Of a DNA stretch of 64,000 nt, positions 1-12,571 are shown piece after piece. The translations under genes and the position numbers were made by a program. The DNA is from an uncultured virus (IMG/VR IMGVR_UViG_3300022555_000012). Its lineage: Duplodnaviria > Heunggongvirae > Uroviricota > Caudoviricetes. The stretch lies in the IMG/VR virus record IMGVR_UViG_3300022555_000012. One strand, given 5' to 3'. Each line of letters begins with the position of its first letter. Within the stretch, counting starts at the first letter, position 1. The notes under the pieces are model-generated. The model was not told the origin of the DNA. It ran no database searches and saw only the letters and a list, made by a program, of their open reading frames with translations.

Positions 1-232
1 CCAACATCGCCTCAGTCGGAACTCCCATCACCTCTAGATCATGCATTGTAACCATGGTATCTTCAACAACATCGTGAAGCACAGCCACAATCCGATGAAG
101 ATCGTCCTTCATTCTCAAGGCGACCCTCAATGGGTGAACGATGTAAGGTGTTACACCATCCTTGCGTTTTTGACCCACATGGGCAATGGCAGCGACTGAA
201 ATCGCTGCCTCAAATGTAAATTTTGGCGTCAT
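1..232 (-). CDS. HD-domain hydrolase (RelA/SpoT hydrolase, Mesh1-like); runs off window start
   Basis: Manual translation MTPKFTFEAAISVAAIAHVGQKRKDGVTPYIVHPLRVA...VAVLHDVVEDT contains the AHxGQxR..PYIxHP and LHDVVEDT motifs. Confidence 0.85.
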   Translation of the reverse strand, partial: MTPKFTFEAAISVAAIAHVGQKRKDGVTPYIVHPLRVALRMKDDLHRIVAVLHDVVEDTMVTMHDLEVMGVPTEAML

Positions 233-941
233 AGTTCCTTCACCTCTCCAAGTTTCATCTCAATTGCCACAGCCTCCACCTTAATCGTTGAGGCTTCCTT
301 ATAGTGCTCCAGAACTTTCTTCGCGGCCATACTGGAATACAATCTCGCGTGGTAGAATTCGACTGCCCACTTCTTCTCAAAACGGCCACCCGTCAAGAAG
401 GCCCCTGTATCTTTCCGGCGAATCACTGTCATTCTCACTTCGTTCACGGATACACCTCCCGAACTGCTTTCAACCTCTCACACTTTACCCGTGCCTGCAT
501 ATAAGGCTTGAGCAGATCCTTTGGAGCCGGAGCATCCTCATACCCCTTCATCTCCTTCTCCAACCGAGCGATCTCAATGTCGATCAACCCGGTGCAAATA
601 TTGTCTTCAGTCCCTGGAAGTGCCAGACGCCCGAGAACCTCGATACGACGCATCTGTTCTGCCTCGTTTAGAAACGCACATCCACCCATCTTCCCTTGAA
701 CCAGAATTTCGCCATTCCCGTTCTCATCCACGACAGAAATGGTTACGGAATTCGACACCTCCTGAACATCAACTATGAGTTTTTCGATCATTTGATCTCC
801 TTGATGACACCCTTGCATTTGAATTTCTTGTCGCCCTTCCAAGGTGCTCCACAGATTGCACCGTCCTGGGTCTTCCGGCTACCACGTTGGCTCTTGTGTA
901 TTGCCCCGCAGATTTCGCATTTGTATGTCTTCATACCTATA

Positions 942-970
942 CATTGCAGGAATTAGGTCAGAATACGGAA
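942..970 (-). promoter_or_regulatory. Phage promoter-like motif TTCCGTAT-N15-GCAATG (first of 13 copies)
   Basis: Plus-strand CATTGC at 942, 5407, 8224, 8416, 14131, 15302, 16866, 19610, 21673, 22981, 24261, 30028 and 48114, each followed after exactly 15 nt by ATACGG (ATACGA at 19631). Confidence 0.8.
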
Positions 971-1450
971 AACATTAGAACAATTTTGGGGTAACACTGG
1001 GTGGTTTCGTTAGAAATCTCACCCGTATTGAGATTCTCTCTACCGGGAATGACAGTCGGACAACATTATCATCCTTCACACTCCCGACCAGGATAATCTG
1101 CCTGCCATTGTAGTAGAATCCTTTGGGATCAAACTTCTTGCCCCTCTTATACCCAGTCCTCTCATCGTCCTGGGTCAAAACAGCCGAACAATACCAGCGG
1201 GCTTCAGGCTCATTCATCCAAGTTTCTCCATAATTCTCATCTCATTCTTCACAAAAGGAATGTCCGTCATCCCCATATACAGATAGGGACCAAAAATGTT
1301 CATCAGGTTCCACAACTCTGTCTCCAACTCTTTCTTCTCCTCATTCCAATGAGAAGTCTTGAGCAAATATGGATGCTCTTTCCTTAGAATCTCTCGACCA
1401 AAATCAGTAAGAGTTGCCCGGCACCGAACATTCACGTTACAAATTTGCAT

Positions 1451-2248
1451 TTAGTTCTCCGCAAGGGTGTTTGTGTCAACCTGAACCTTCATTTTATTGA
1501 CATCAGACAACTTCGCCCAGAACCGACCCTTTGCCTTAATGTCCCTACCATTAAAGCTTAATTCTCCGCCCTTGTGAAGATGAAATGTGATCGAAGAGAA
1601 AGATTCTGCACCCTTTCGGATATAAATGCGATCCACAGCCAACTCAGAACCGGCCTTGATCGTCACCAGAAACTTCGGCTGATTGGCACCATAAGTGTGC
1701 CAATCAAATTCTCCCTTCCCGATCTGTTTCGTCAGAGCATCATTCCGATGCTCCTTAATCAACCGGAAAGTCCAGTCCTCCGTCAGCCTAACCACCGTCC
1801 CAATGTCGGGGATCATGAACTGCCCAGGGTCAGTCCAGGTTGTCTGCCCAGTCTTCCGAGCCTTCGCCTCTCCATCCCTCTCCAACCTCTTCTCCTCAGA
1901 CAACAGATATATCCGTGTCTTTGTTAAAACGCCACTTCCACACCAACTGTTACGCTCAATCTTCCCACCGTTGAATGTGACCATCTTCATAAAGAGATCT
2001 ATCCCGACTTCCCGTGCCACTGGCCCAACAAATCCCTTTACCCAGGCTTCCTTGATCGTTTCCCGATGATTCTGCCATGCACCCCTTTCCTCCGGGATAC
2101 GAATGTCTACAGGCCCCTTCAACACCGCTTCCTTCAATCCGACATCAATCGCGGCCTGCTTGCCCTCTTCAAGGGTCAGGTAATATCGAATCTCAGGGTC
2201 AGCCGGATGCGGCTTACCCAATCTTGTCATATTTATTGTCGTTGTCAT
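1451..2248 (-). CDS. hypothetical phage protein
   Basis: 265 aa ORF tightly packed with its neighbours. Confidence 0.7.
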   Translation of the reverse strand: MTTTINMTRLGKPHPADPEIRYYLTLEEGKQAAIDVGLKEAVLKGPVDIRIPEERGAWQNHRETIKEAWVKGFVGPVAREVGIDLFMKMVTFNGGKIERNSWCGSGVLTKTRIYLLSEEKRLERDGEAKARKTGQTTWTDPGQFMIPDIGTVVRLTEDWTFRLIKEHRNDALTKQIGKGEFDWHTYGANQPKFLVTIKAGSELAVDRIYIRKGAESFSSITFHLHKGGELSFNGRDIKAKGRFWAKLSDVNKMKVQVDTNTLAEN

Positions 2249-2551
2249 AAGTCCATCACCTTATCCACCAGTATCTTAGTCCTCACTGCCTCGAATTCTA
2301 CATTGGCATAGCAGACTCCAACAAATTTAACTAATGTCTTCGCTCTCCCTCTATACTGGTTCAGAACCTTTCTAATTTGACGAAAGTGGTAAAGATCCGC
2401 CTCCGATAAATCATTTGTCCAATTACTACGACGAGGATCACCCTCTGGCCATCTCTTCAAGTATTCGGCCCTAAGACCCAATAAATATTCCCCGGTATCC
2501 TTCCGACGAAGCACATATTGTTTCCGATAATCATACATAATTCCTATCCTT

Positions 2552-4030
2552 TCAACACGGGTCATCCAAAATCTTGTTCCACTCATCCGAAAGTTCCCGT
2601 GTCATCTCCGGGGCAATCGGCACCTTCGCCGCCGCCAACTTCAATTCCTTGAAGAACCGTTGATAGGCATTCGCATATGCGAGCTTCGCCGTCTCCGCCC
2701 GTGCCTGTTCCAACTTGTGATCATCTTCCTTGTATACCGTTGACCGAATATCATTCCTCATTGTGTTCCGGCCATCCTTCACACTGTAATGAATGTTCGT
2801 CACATTCTGTCTCATATTCGACTCGTATACACTGACAGCCCGAGGGAACCATAAACCACAAGTCGTATGTGCCTGGACACATTGATTCGCAAATGTGCAA
2901 TACCCCGTAGACCTCTTTCCCTGCCGGCCGACATCGAACTGGAAGTGTCCACAGTTGTTACAGCACCGAGCCTCCTTGATCGCAAACCGATTCTTCGCAG
3001 GAATCCTCATCATCAACAGAGACACTTCCGTCTCAGACCGGGTAATCACATTCCCCTTCGTCCGACAGTAACAACAGGTGAACTCCCCACTCTCATCCAC
3101 ATCTGCCATTCTCCAGGAACAAATGGGACAGACACAAGACAAGGCTCCCTTTTTACTGATCTGCCGTTCATCATGACCCCATCGATCCTTGTCCGGGAAC
3201 ATCGGGAAAGTAAAATCACCCTTCTCCAACTTCGCCCGGTAAATCCTGTTCTTCCCAGCCTTCAACACATAATCAAAATTGTCCTGAATGGTTACATCTG
3301 TCTGGGAGGCCAACTCATCACTATGACCGTCTTCCTCAGACCGTTCCACATTCGAGAAGACACAAGTCATCTTGACACCATCTTTCCGAAGCACCGTCAC
3401 ATTCGACTTCAGACTTTTGATGACACCCAATGCTTCCTTACCACCTTTGAGCTTCACCTTTACCGTGTCCCCAGGAAGCAACCTTGGCCGATCCTCATCC
3501 TTCGCCATACCTTGTGCCAAAGAGGAAGGAGTTACGATCTTGCCCTCTCCAATCATTTCAAGCACCCGGTCAAGTCCCATGCCAAGATTCTTCTGTAATT
3601 GAGCCGTGCCATTCACAAGCACAGCATACTCGTTGATCTCTCCAATGAATTTGGAAAGTTTGTCATAGTAGCCCTTGTCAACCCTCTTATCATTCACGGA
3701 ATAGATCTGGTCATTTCTATAACTTTGACTTCTCAACATTGCTCCAAGACCGTTGGAAGGCCAATCCTGTCTCATCTCGATTTCAAAGACTCTCCACCGA
3801 GACTTCATATTGATTGCGTAAGCCACATTCTCAAAACCTGCTTGCTTCATCAAATAGTCAACCTGTCTCGCCCCGAGGAAGATTTCATCTCCTGGAGTAA
3901 TGAAGGCTTCATCAATGGGAGTGAGTTTATCGGGTCCATCCAAGACGATGAATTCCATATTGTGACACAGACCACGACCTCGCGTCTCACGAACCACTAC
4001 CGTCCGACCATTCATATCTTTCAATTGCAT
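2552..4030 (-). CDS. hypothetical protein with Cys-rich (Zn-binding) C-terminal motifs
   Basis: 492 aa; CPIC, CCYC and CCNNC motifs. Confidence 0.7.
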   Translation of the reverse strand: MQLKDMNGRTVVVRETRGRGLCHNMEFIVLDGPDKLTPIDEAFITPGDEIFLGARQVDYLMKQAGFENVAYAINMKSRWRVFEIEMRQDWPSNGLGAMLRSQSYRNDQIYSVNDKRVDKGYYDKLSKFIGEINEYAVLVNGTAQLQKNLGMGLDRVLEMIGEGKIVTPSSLAQGMAKDEDRPRLLPGDTVKVKLKGGKEALGVIKSLKSNVTVLRKDGVKMTCVFSNVERSEEDGHSDELASQTDVTIQDNFDYVLKAGKNRIYRAKLEKGDFTFPMFPDKDRWGHDERQISKKGALSCVCPICSWRMADVDESGEFTCCYCRTKGNVITRSETEVSLLMMRIPAKNRFAIKEARCCNNCGHFQFDVGRQGKRSTGYCTFANQCVQAHTTCGLWFPRAVSVYESNMRQNVTNIHYSVKDGRNTMRNDIRSTVYKEDDHKLEQARAETAKLAYANAYQRFFKELKLAAAKVPIAPEMTRELSDEWNKILDDPC

Positions 4031-4039
4031 AATATTCCT

Positions 4040-4441
4040 TTACTTTCCAAGCCACAAATATACCGGTTTTACCGCACAAAACGCTGAATAACCACCCACA
4101 TGCCCCCAGTCCTCACAGTAAACTCTCCACCCGGCCTCATTTTCCCCATCGTGATCCCCTTTAAGATCCCATTGCGTCAACTTGATTTTAGGTTCGCCAG
4201 GTTCCTGTAACCAAGACCACAAAAAAGGTGTGAAGTCTTCCGCGGTCAAACCCCTTCCTGGAAGCGGATTACCATGGCCAGGATCCTGATAAAGAAGCAT
4301 CCCAAAGTCGGGATTGATCTCCCAGCCCTGAATTCGTGCCGGGAATCTCTCACTGTCTGCCTGAATACAAATCAATTGCAAGGTCATTAGAAGCGTATCT
4401 CGACCTTTGCCATTCACATTGAATTGTCGATTGTCGAACAT
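4040..4441 (-). CDS. hypothetical phage protein
   Basis: 133 aa ORF in operon-like packing. Confidence 0.65.
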   Translation of the reverse strand: MFDNRQFNVNGKGRDTLLMTLQLICIQADSERFPARIQGWEINPDFGMLLYQDPGHGNPLPGRGLTAEDFTPFLWSWLQEPGEPKIKLTQWDLKGDHDGENEAGWRVYCEDWGHVGGYSAFCAVKPVYLWLGK

Positions 4442-4955
4442 TACTTCTTTCTCCGATACTTCTGCCTGATCACAGGGGCCATCCCCATATCCCGAATCGC
4501 CTTGAGAAGTTCTTGAAGTTCTTCAGTTTTTGCCGGCCGAGACATCTCAATCGCCATCCGATAATTGATAACCATCTGTTCCACGACAGGTTTTGGAACC
4601 AATTTGAAACTAAGACAATATCCTGGACTCGCCGAGTCTTCCGGGAACAATGCGATTACTGTCCCAGTTCCCTTACCGACCCGGAAAAGGACTGGATTCC
4701 TCTTATCTTTCATCTCTCAAATACCTCCCGACCGCAATCAATGTCGTCCCTGCGACCAATACGAATCCAACAAATGATTCTGCAATCCACTCTGCAGTGT
4801 TCTTCGGACATCCATCCCCAAAGTCCCGGTGAATATTCCACGCGAAATTACCGGCGATAAACAGTAACAACCATCCGGCCGATACCAGAGAGTTCCTCTT
4901 TTTCGGTTTCAACAATTCTAATAAGTAGTTCATCTTTTATTATACTCCCAAACTG

Positions 4956-5399
4956 TTAACTTTTGACGATCATATCGAAATGAACCCCGATCCGTCCGTG
5001 TTTCGGGAAATCGGCAAAGACATAGTTCTTTTTGACCTCATAAACCACTCCAGAGTCCTTGCCACGCCGTTTACCCCAGTCTGCCGTGATTGTGTCCCCA
5101 ACCTTGGGCATGGCCTCTTCCTTGGCCCAGTCAGGCCATATCGTGTCAATCTTAGAGGCAAAAGTCTCAATGACCGTCATTAATGTGTTCGAACTATACG
5201 ATAGATCTGGCTTTTTGGTAGGATCGAACCCTAATTTCGCCAAAGCCTCCGGTTTGAACTGAGTGGCATCGTCCCAAAGAGCGACAACCGCGTCCGGGAT
5301 TCCACTCGAAGCCTTCATTCCTGAGTAGGAAACCGTCATTCGACGGCGATTCAAGACCAAACTGATGTACTCATGCTGTTTGATAATTGCAGGTTTCAT
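4956..5399 (-). CDS. hypothetical protein, probably leaderless (start MKPAIIK)
   Basis: ATG lies 7 nt after the promoter motif at 5407. Confidence 0.6.
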   Translation of the reverse strand: MKPAIIKQHEYISLVLNRRRMTVSYSGMKASSGIPDAVVALWDDATQFKPEALAKLGFDPTKKPDLSYSSNTLMTVIETFASKIDTIWPDWAKEEAMPKVGDTITADWGKRRGKDSGVVYEVKKNYVFADFPKHGRIGVHFDMIVKS

Positions 5400-8300
5400 A
5401 CCTATACATTGCCGGAATTCAGGTAGGATACGGAATATTTCTTCAAAATCGCCGTCCGATCCGAATTCATAGAAGAACAACAACCAGCCCCGAAAGCCGG
5501 AGCGATATGCCAGGACTTGTCCTCCCCAGCCAGTATCTCGTCATACTTCTGACACCCGTATCTGCCGTCCCCGATCGCTACCAGTTCAGCACACTGATGC
5601 TTGACCTCATCCCAGGCCCCATATCCACACGACCTTACTTTGCAACAATGTCCACATTGTAGACAGGGTCTTGCACCCTCATATAAAGGCAAAGGAGACA
5701 GAACCTGGGTCTTAACCTTCAATTCTGTCTCCCTTTTCATACCAATGATTTACCGACGATTAGACTGTCGGTGCGGGTTCAGGCTCACCCTTGATCCCCC
5801 GGAGATCCTTCTGGTAACGTGCCAGATACTCTTCTGTCTCCTTCAACCGAGCTTGCAAATCCTGCAATGAGATTACAGCCTCATTGTAATCCGAAAGGAT
5901 TTCCTGACCACGACGGGTCACTGGCTTCGCCATTGACTCCCCAATCGTCACCTTGGCAATGCGTTCCAGTTCTGCCACCATAACCTTCTTCGCCTGAATC
6001 TTTTCAGTCTTCCGAAGAACAGACTCCATTGCCTCCTGGATCTTAGACTCAAGGTCCTTGATCCTGACGGCCTTGTATTCTTCCGCCTTCAACTGTTCAC
6101 GTTGAATTGTAACCGCCTTGGCATATTCCTGTGCCGTGGCAATGTTCACCTTGATCTGCTCCGGGGTGTCCCCAGGCTTCGCCAACCCTGCCAGGATCAC
6201 CAACACAACGAGATCATTGTCCATCTCTTGCTGTTGTTCACCGAACATTTCTTGAAACGCAAACGGAAACCTAACCCGACTCATTATTATGTTTTTCTCA
6301 CACGATAACATAATTCCATCCCTCCTTGGATGATTACTACCTCTTACTATCACGACCCACACTCGCCCGAGTGTATCAAGCCGTAAAATCAGTTCTTGAC
6401 GAAATATACGTCCACACCATCTTTGTTGATGTATATTCCTCGTCGTTTCAACTCGTCCTCGATGGCTGACGCCCTGAAATCTTCCTGCTGATTCGTATCG
6501 GACATTACCACTTCACTGTGATATACCCGGTATTCTGCCTCCAGATCCTCAATGGACATATCCTTCGTAGCCTTCTGTGCCAGATCCGCACCACGCCAAT
6601 ACTTCAACCATTTTTGCCACCAACTCATAATGCCTCCTTCACCGGGACTGCCCGGTATATTGAACGATCCACTTCTGTATCCATAAGTCCCAACCGCACG
6701 GCCTCTTTCACATCCTTCACAAATTCGTCAATGGCCTTGTTCGCTGCTTCCTCAGAGTCAAACACAAGAGGTCTGTCCTCTTCAACTTTCCAGCCGGCGT
6801 CATCCCACCCATAAGAATACTTCGTCTCAACTTTCCACTTCATTTGTCTCTCCGGGAAATCTCGACCTGAACCGGCCGGCATTTCTTAAAATACTCCCTC
6901 TCAAACTCCTCAATCTTCTTCTGTCTGGCTTGATAACCACACGCACTCGTGAATCCCATACTATCTATCCACGACTTAGGAAATTTCTTCCCCATCATCC
7001 GTTTCAACTTGTTGATGACATCATACTCTCCACCTCTCCCAAATAACATCTGACATCGTTTCGATGTTTCACAATGTTTCTTCCTCCATGAACAAGTGCA
7101 AATCCCAGAAAGTACTACCGTGGCACCGTCAATGGTGATCTCCATATCACTCTTAATTGCCCATCCCTTTGCTTTCATAATTTGTTCCCATCCTGAATTA
7201 CCAAATCATCCACCATCTTATCGAAGTTCTCCCCTTTGAGATTCCTCGTGAAGAGTTCTGCAAAATACTGAGTATTCACCTTCCGTATCGCTTCATACCT
7301 CAAATACCCCAGGGCAAGTTCATCCACCGTCTTCCCTGATGAATTACCGTCTCCCTTAACCTCTCGAACCAAATCTTGAATCTCTTTCACATCATACTCC
7401 AACACGGACTATAAGTTTCATCCTTCTGATCCCGGCACTTTGATATGCCCTTGATCTTCAAGGCCTTCTCAATCTCCACTGGGTCTTCCAATTTTACAAA
7501 GATTCCACCATCTTCCATGGTATATGAGTATGAAACCTTACGACCCAGTAAACTCTTCAATTTGTCGCCTGCCCTGTGTGATTTTACCCTGATAACCGTC
7601 ATAATTACCTCATCCAAATCATGCCCATCCGATTCGCCAAAGCATCACTGATCTTGTGAAGTCTATCCCACCGAGCATCCAGACCATCCCGAATCCCTAT
7701 GTCCTTCTCAATCACAGCCTGATACTGAACCCGACCCATCTCCCGGTTGATCCGGGTAGAACGCCTTTTCATATTTCGAGTCATCCAATGCCACCTCTCT
7801 GTCTTGACTGCGTTCATATCCCAATGAATCCCCTCACCATACTTGCCGCTTCCGCCCCATACTTGCTCGTGATGTGTGTCGCCATCGAACAATCCACATC
7901 CTCGCCCAGTTCCCCGGCATTCGCCTTCCGGTAATCCTCATCCTGGGTCATCAGATAATCATCAAAGGCAATCTGATCAAACCCAGTGTAAATGTCCTTG
8001 TAGAACCGTTTCACATCAGCCTTGAAGATCTCCATGAATCGCTTGCGACAGAACATGATACGACGATGTTTAGCCGCCATCTGAGCCTTGAGCCCCTGTG
8101 CCTTGGCCGCCTGTTCCTGTAACCCCAACATCCATAATCTTCCGTGACTCATTGAAATCTCCCGTTACAACCTAATTGTTGTTTTTACCGACTTCTCTCA
8201 CAACATCCCTGTTGTTACTGATACATTGCTGAAAGTCTGTCAAAATACGGAATTATTTTCCCAGTTTCTTGCGTATGTTCTCGGCCTCGCATTGAATCCG

Positions 8301-8431
8301 AGCCCGATTCTGTAGATTCTGCTCTTTTGTCCGCCAGGGACGATCCGGGTCATGGTTCTCCAAACGCCACAATGCCCCTTCCATATTCCGCCTTTGTGTC
8401 TTCGTCATAACCAGACATTGCAGAAAGTTAG

Positions 8432-8929
8432 TCAGGATACGGAACAACCAGCAAGAATTATTTGATAAGTCCAATGCTCCGGCGGCCACTCCAACTCAAT
8501 CCCTACCTGTTTCATCGTCGGCGTCAGACATACCCCAGATGCCTCTGGAGTCGTAACCACCTCAAATCCAGGATGTTCCTTCTGAAACAAAGCTATCTCC
8601 TGTCTTAAGGCTACCCGAGCCTTTGGCTGCCAATACAGACAGCACTTCAGTTGCCTGTCTGTCCAATCTGGGTATTTACCTCTCAATTTCTCAACATGCG
8701 TCCCCAGATCAAACCGGGTCCAGACAGCCCAGACATCTTTCTCCAAGTCGATTAATTGCCCTATCGGCTTGCAATGTGGTGGACATCCCGGCTTCTTTCC
8801 CCAATTAGGACATCCCTTTGAATGATTAGGATAGGGAGTAAGACACAGATCCTGCATCTTCATGTTGACTACTGGTTTGACTAAGTTCCAAGGCATATCA
8901 CATCTCCCTGACTTTTGACTTTGGGTCAT
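8432..8929 (-). CDS. DUF2284-like metal-binding protein
   Basis: LC..GCPNWGKKPGCPP motif and PEASG motif near the C-terminus. Confidence 0.6.
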   Translation of the reverse strand: MTQSQKSGRCDMPWNLVKPVVNMKMQDLCLTPYPNHSKGCPNWGKKPGCPPHCKPIGQLIDLEKDVWAVWTRFDLGTHVEKLRGKYPDWTDRQLKCCLYWQPKARVALRQEIALFQKEHPGFEVVTTPEASGVCLTPTMKQVGIELEWPPEHWTYQIILAGCSVS

Positions 8930-10760
8930 CCTCGGCCGGGATACCCTTCGCCCGGTCCCTTGCCCAATCCTCTGCCTTTATCAAATACTTGGCCCACCTC
9001 AAATACTCTCCCTGAAGCGTCCGGTCACAAAGGAACATCTTGTAATCCCCGAGATTGTAATCGCTCACATTCATAACCCGACCAATAGGCAACCACTCGT
9101 GACACATCCGGTCCGTCTCGTAAATCGTCTCATAATGCCCGTAACCCGGCCGGGTAGGACTATCTATCCACTTACCCTGCCGAGGCTTACTTAAACGACC
9201 CTGGGGCCAGGAAACCCTCACCTTAGACCTGTCCTTCTTGATTCCATCAACTTGACAGAAGTCCGGCATCACATTCGCATAATACCCCCTCTTCGGCTTG
9301 TCCCACTTATCTCCCTGCTTCCCATCCTTCCACTTCTCATCATAAGCCGAATCAATACAAATCCACTTCCCAATCTTGATCGATGAATTCAACTGATTCC
9401 GATATCCAGCCCAATCCACCTTGTTCGACGGAAGCCCCATCTCCTCATCCCTCAGAAGCACAACCCACTTCTCCATATCCTTCTGATTCCTGAGATTGAT
9501 AGGTGCATGAGGATGAAAGACCATTGACCTGTCCAGAAGCCCCTGAATCAGTATCACTATCCGATTGTAATGCTTCAACAGATTCTCGACCTTCTTCATG
9601 TGGTCATCGAACTTGACATCATCCTGGGTGATCATCGTCTCTGTCACGATCCTCTTGGTGAATCCATTCTCATCCTTCTCATCCCAGACAAGTCTCTCAT
9701 CAATCTTCTTGAACTGATCTGCCCCAATCTCATTGATCTTCGGTATCAGCCGGGGTGAGAAATCAACATCAGAGGCTATCCGATAGACATTCTCCCCATT
9801 CCGAATCAAGATGTAAGTCTGCTCATTCGCTCGTTTCCATTCCATGTGAGCCCAAGCCATTGCCAAATCCCTGGCTTCCCCATAGTCCTTTGAATTACGT
9901 CTGACTCTGAAGGCCACAACTCCACGCTTCTCCGGAAGTATCCGTTCAAGATTCTGAGGCTTAACAACCCACTCATCAAACTTCCCTATCTTATTGAAAT
10001 CCATCCCGCCCGTCTCATAATCGAAGATGGTTTCTTCATCCATATAGAGCAATTGTTGACGAATGACGACAGGAGTCTCAATCGGTGCCGGAGTCCCCTT
10101 GGCAATCTGTTCCACTTCCTCCAGGATGCCACAGTATAACTCTACCGTGAAGATCCTGTCTTCCACAACCTCCAAGACCTTCTTGATAGCTCCCAGCTTG
10201 ACCATATCCGGCAAGGCAATGTTCTTGGCAGCGACAGCAAAATCGTCACCCAGTTCACTGATATCCTTCGAGATCTCGGGCAATTTCTTCTGCAATTTCA
10301 TCAGATCCTTCTTATACTTCTTGGGATCTTCAGAGACTTTTGCCGGCAATAAGGACTGCTCAACCTCCGGGGATGCTTCCTGGGCAATCAGACATACCTT
10401 CTGGCCTTCCAGGATCAACTCCTGAGTCTTGTCCTGAATAGCCTTGCGAGCATCTTCCATTCTCTGATTCAGAATGGCTTTCCAGTTCGGTTCTTCCCGA
10501 CAAGTTGCCAGAAATTCATTAAAATGAACACGAGTCCCATTGGAGTGCCTATCCTCATAGACCGTGAACCCGAGATAGTTGCTTCCAATCTCCTCGACGC
10601 ACATCAGTTCCTCATGACTGCCATTGGGAACATGCTCCTCTTTCTTCTCATCCCATTTGGTATCATCGAACTTGATCCAGAACCAGTCTCCCACCCGGAC
10701 TTTACCAAGTAAGTCCCGAGACATCCTGGGAACATCAAATACTTGAACTTCTTGAGTCAT
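8898..10760 (-). CDS. large hypothetical phage protein with coiled-coil segments
   Basis: 620 aa uninterrupted ORF. Confidence 0.75.
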   Translation of the reverse strand: MTQEVQVFDVPRMSRDLLGKVRVGDWFWIKFDDTKWDEKKEEHVPNGSHEELMCVEEIGSNYLGFTVYEDRHSNGTRVHFNEFLATCREEPNWKAILNQRMEDARKAIQDKTQELILEGQKVCLIAQEASPEVEQSLLPAKVSEDPKKYKKDLMKLQKKLPEISKDISELGDDFAVAAKNIALPDMVKLGAIKKVLEVVEDRIFTVELYCGILEEVEQIAKGTPAPIETPVVIRQQLLYMDEETIFDYETGGMDFNKIGKFDEWVVKPQNLERILPEKRGVVAFRVRRNSKDYGEARDLAMAWAHMEWKRANEQTYILIRNGENVYRIASDVDFSPRLIPKINEIGADQFKKIDERLVWDEKDENGFTKRIVTETMITQDDVKFDDHMKKVENLLKHYNRIVILIQGLLDRSMVFHPHAPINLRNQKDMEKWVVLLRDEEMGLPSNKVDWAGYRNQLNSSIKIGKWICIDSAYDEKWKDGKQGDKWDKPKRGYYANVMPDFCQVDGIKKDRSKVRVSWPQGRLSKPRQGKWIDSPTRPGYGHYETIYETDRMCHEWLPIGRVMNVSDYNLGDYKMFLCDRTLQGEYLRWAKYLIKAEDWARDRAKGIPAEDDPKSKVREM

Positions 10761-12007
10761 TTCCTATCTCTTTCTCGCGACAAACCAACCACCCCAGACG
10801 GCCAAAACAAAAAACAACGCAGATATGATTCCCCACCAGACATAAGACGCCTTTGATGGTCCATTTTTCCCGAAGACTGTTGTCGCTACGATGCATGCCA
10901 GAATGCCTAACGCCACCGGCTTCAGAATTTCAATCGTCTCATGCTTCCATCTCTGATTGAAGGTGATCATTTGTCCCTTCTCCCATCCACCGTCTCGTTC
11001 CTGAGCGAAGACTCCCGTTTTTGGATACACCCGGCTTCGACAAGGCACCAGATGTTTGCATTGGGGACATATCCCTCCCATATGCATCTCCACAACCCCG
11101 TAGGCCTCGTAAAAATTACCCCTGAGTTGTTCCAGCTCTGAGCCACAATCATTACACAATCCGGTAACGGTCGTCAGCGTGAATCCCGTCTCCTTGCCTT
11201 CCCATGGTAAAACAATTTCAGGCATTGCTTTCCACTCTTCATGTGTTAATTTCATGCCTTTTTCTTTCTCGGGACAAACAACTCAACACCCCCGAGTGCC
11301 AAAGGAATTGTCAAACTGATAGTCTCTTTCATATTGCTCATACTACCGCAGACATTGTTCGTATCGGCCTTGCCATTCGCGACCGCCAGCAACCAGACAA
11401 TCTCCAGGTCGTGATTCACCTTCGTTAAAGTCTTCCGAGCCTCTTTATCCAAGGCTTCCAGTTTCAATAATGGTGTCCCATCCCGACGAGCTGATATGCT
11501 CACCTCAAATTTACCGGTCATCTTCATCAATGGCTCCTGTTGTTGAATTCAAAACCTGCATATAAAAAGCGTTCTCATTTACATCGAATGCGAATTCGGA
11601 AACATTATAAACCCGGCTTTTCCGTTTCCCGCTGGGAGTCAATCGAATCGAATCCGAAGACGAAAGACAATCGAATAAGGATTGGGAAGGATTCACAATC
11701 TCCTGTAGTAACACTTCTTCCTCAGTGTCATAAATTCTGATGGTGGTGTCAACACATCCTGCCGGAGCTGTAACCGGTGCCGGACTTCCTTGACTAAATT
11801 GTTTCCGTTCCTCGAAAATGACATAACAGTATGCCGCCGGGTCAATCACAGTCTCTTTCCCGAAGACCTCCCGAGGCCCAAAGAAACAACGAGCAACCAC
11901 TCCCGTCTCATTATCTCCTATCCGTTCCCACACACCACCACGATCATCCAATACGAATTTCTCACCAACCAAAACCTGTGCTACCTTCATTAAATCCCCT
12001 TTTTATG

Positions 12008-12571
12008 TTAAAACAATTTACCACGGAAGGCTTTAGACCATTCCGTCATCTTCATCATTCCACTTCCATCTGCGTTAATCACCATCATATTATTCTGATG
12101 ATCAACATTCGGTGCAAAGTCTCCCGAGTATACCTCAACCCCACTCAAATTAGCGAACAGAGAAAGCGTAAAAATCGGATAACCATTGGAACGGTTCACC
12201 GTCCCGGTAACTCGATACCCAGTCCATTCTACACCAGGATTCTGTTCCTCTGTCTTCAGAGCCTCCTTAATGAAGGCAAAAACATCGGCATCAGACATAA
12301 TGTAGTTGCCGGCTGAATCAGTTGCCCTGATCAATTCTCCAATTGACATCTCACCATGCCCCAGATGTTTTTTCAGCGTCGCCCTGAATCCTGCGTAGTC
12401 CCAGTCCAGTAATCTATCAGAATCCGCAGATCTTAAAACATCCTTTTTATTGTCATATTCAGCCGGGTAGTTGAACTGTCTCATCAACATATTCGAGGCT
12501 TTCCCGAAAGAACCCATTTCACCCCAACTATGACCTTCTGCTTTCCGAATCTTAGATTTCATAATTACCAA
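12008..12571 (-). CDS. hypothetical phage protein
   Basis: 187 aa ORF. Confidence 0.65.
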   Translation of the reverse strand: MVIMKSKIRKAEGHSWGEMGSFGKASNMLMRQFNYPAEYDNKKDVLRSADSDRLLDWDYAGFRATLKKHLGHGEMSIGELIRATDSAGNYIMSDADVFAFIKEALKTEEQNPGVEWTGYRVTGTVNRSNGYPIFTLSLFANLSGVEVYSGDFAPNVDHQNNMMVINADGSGMMKMTEWSKAFRGKLF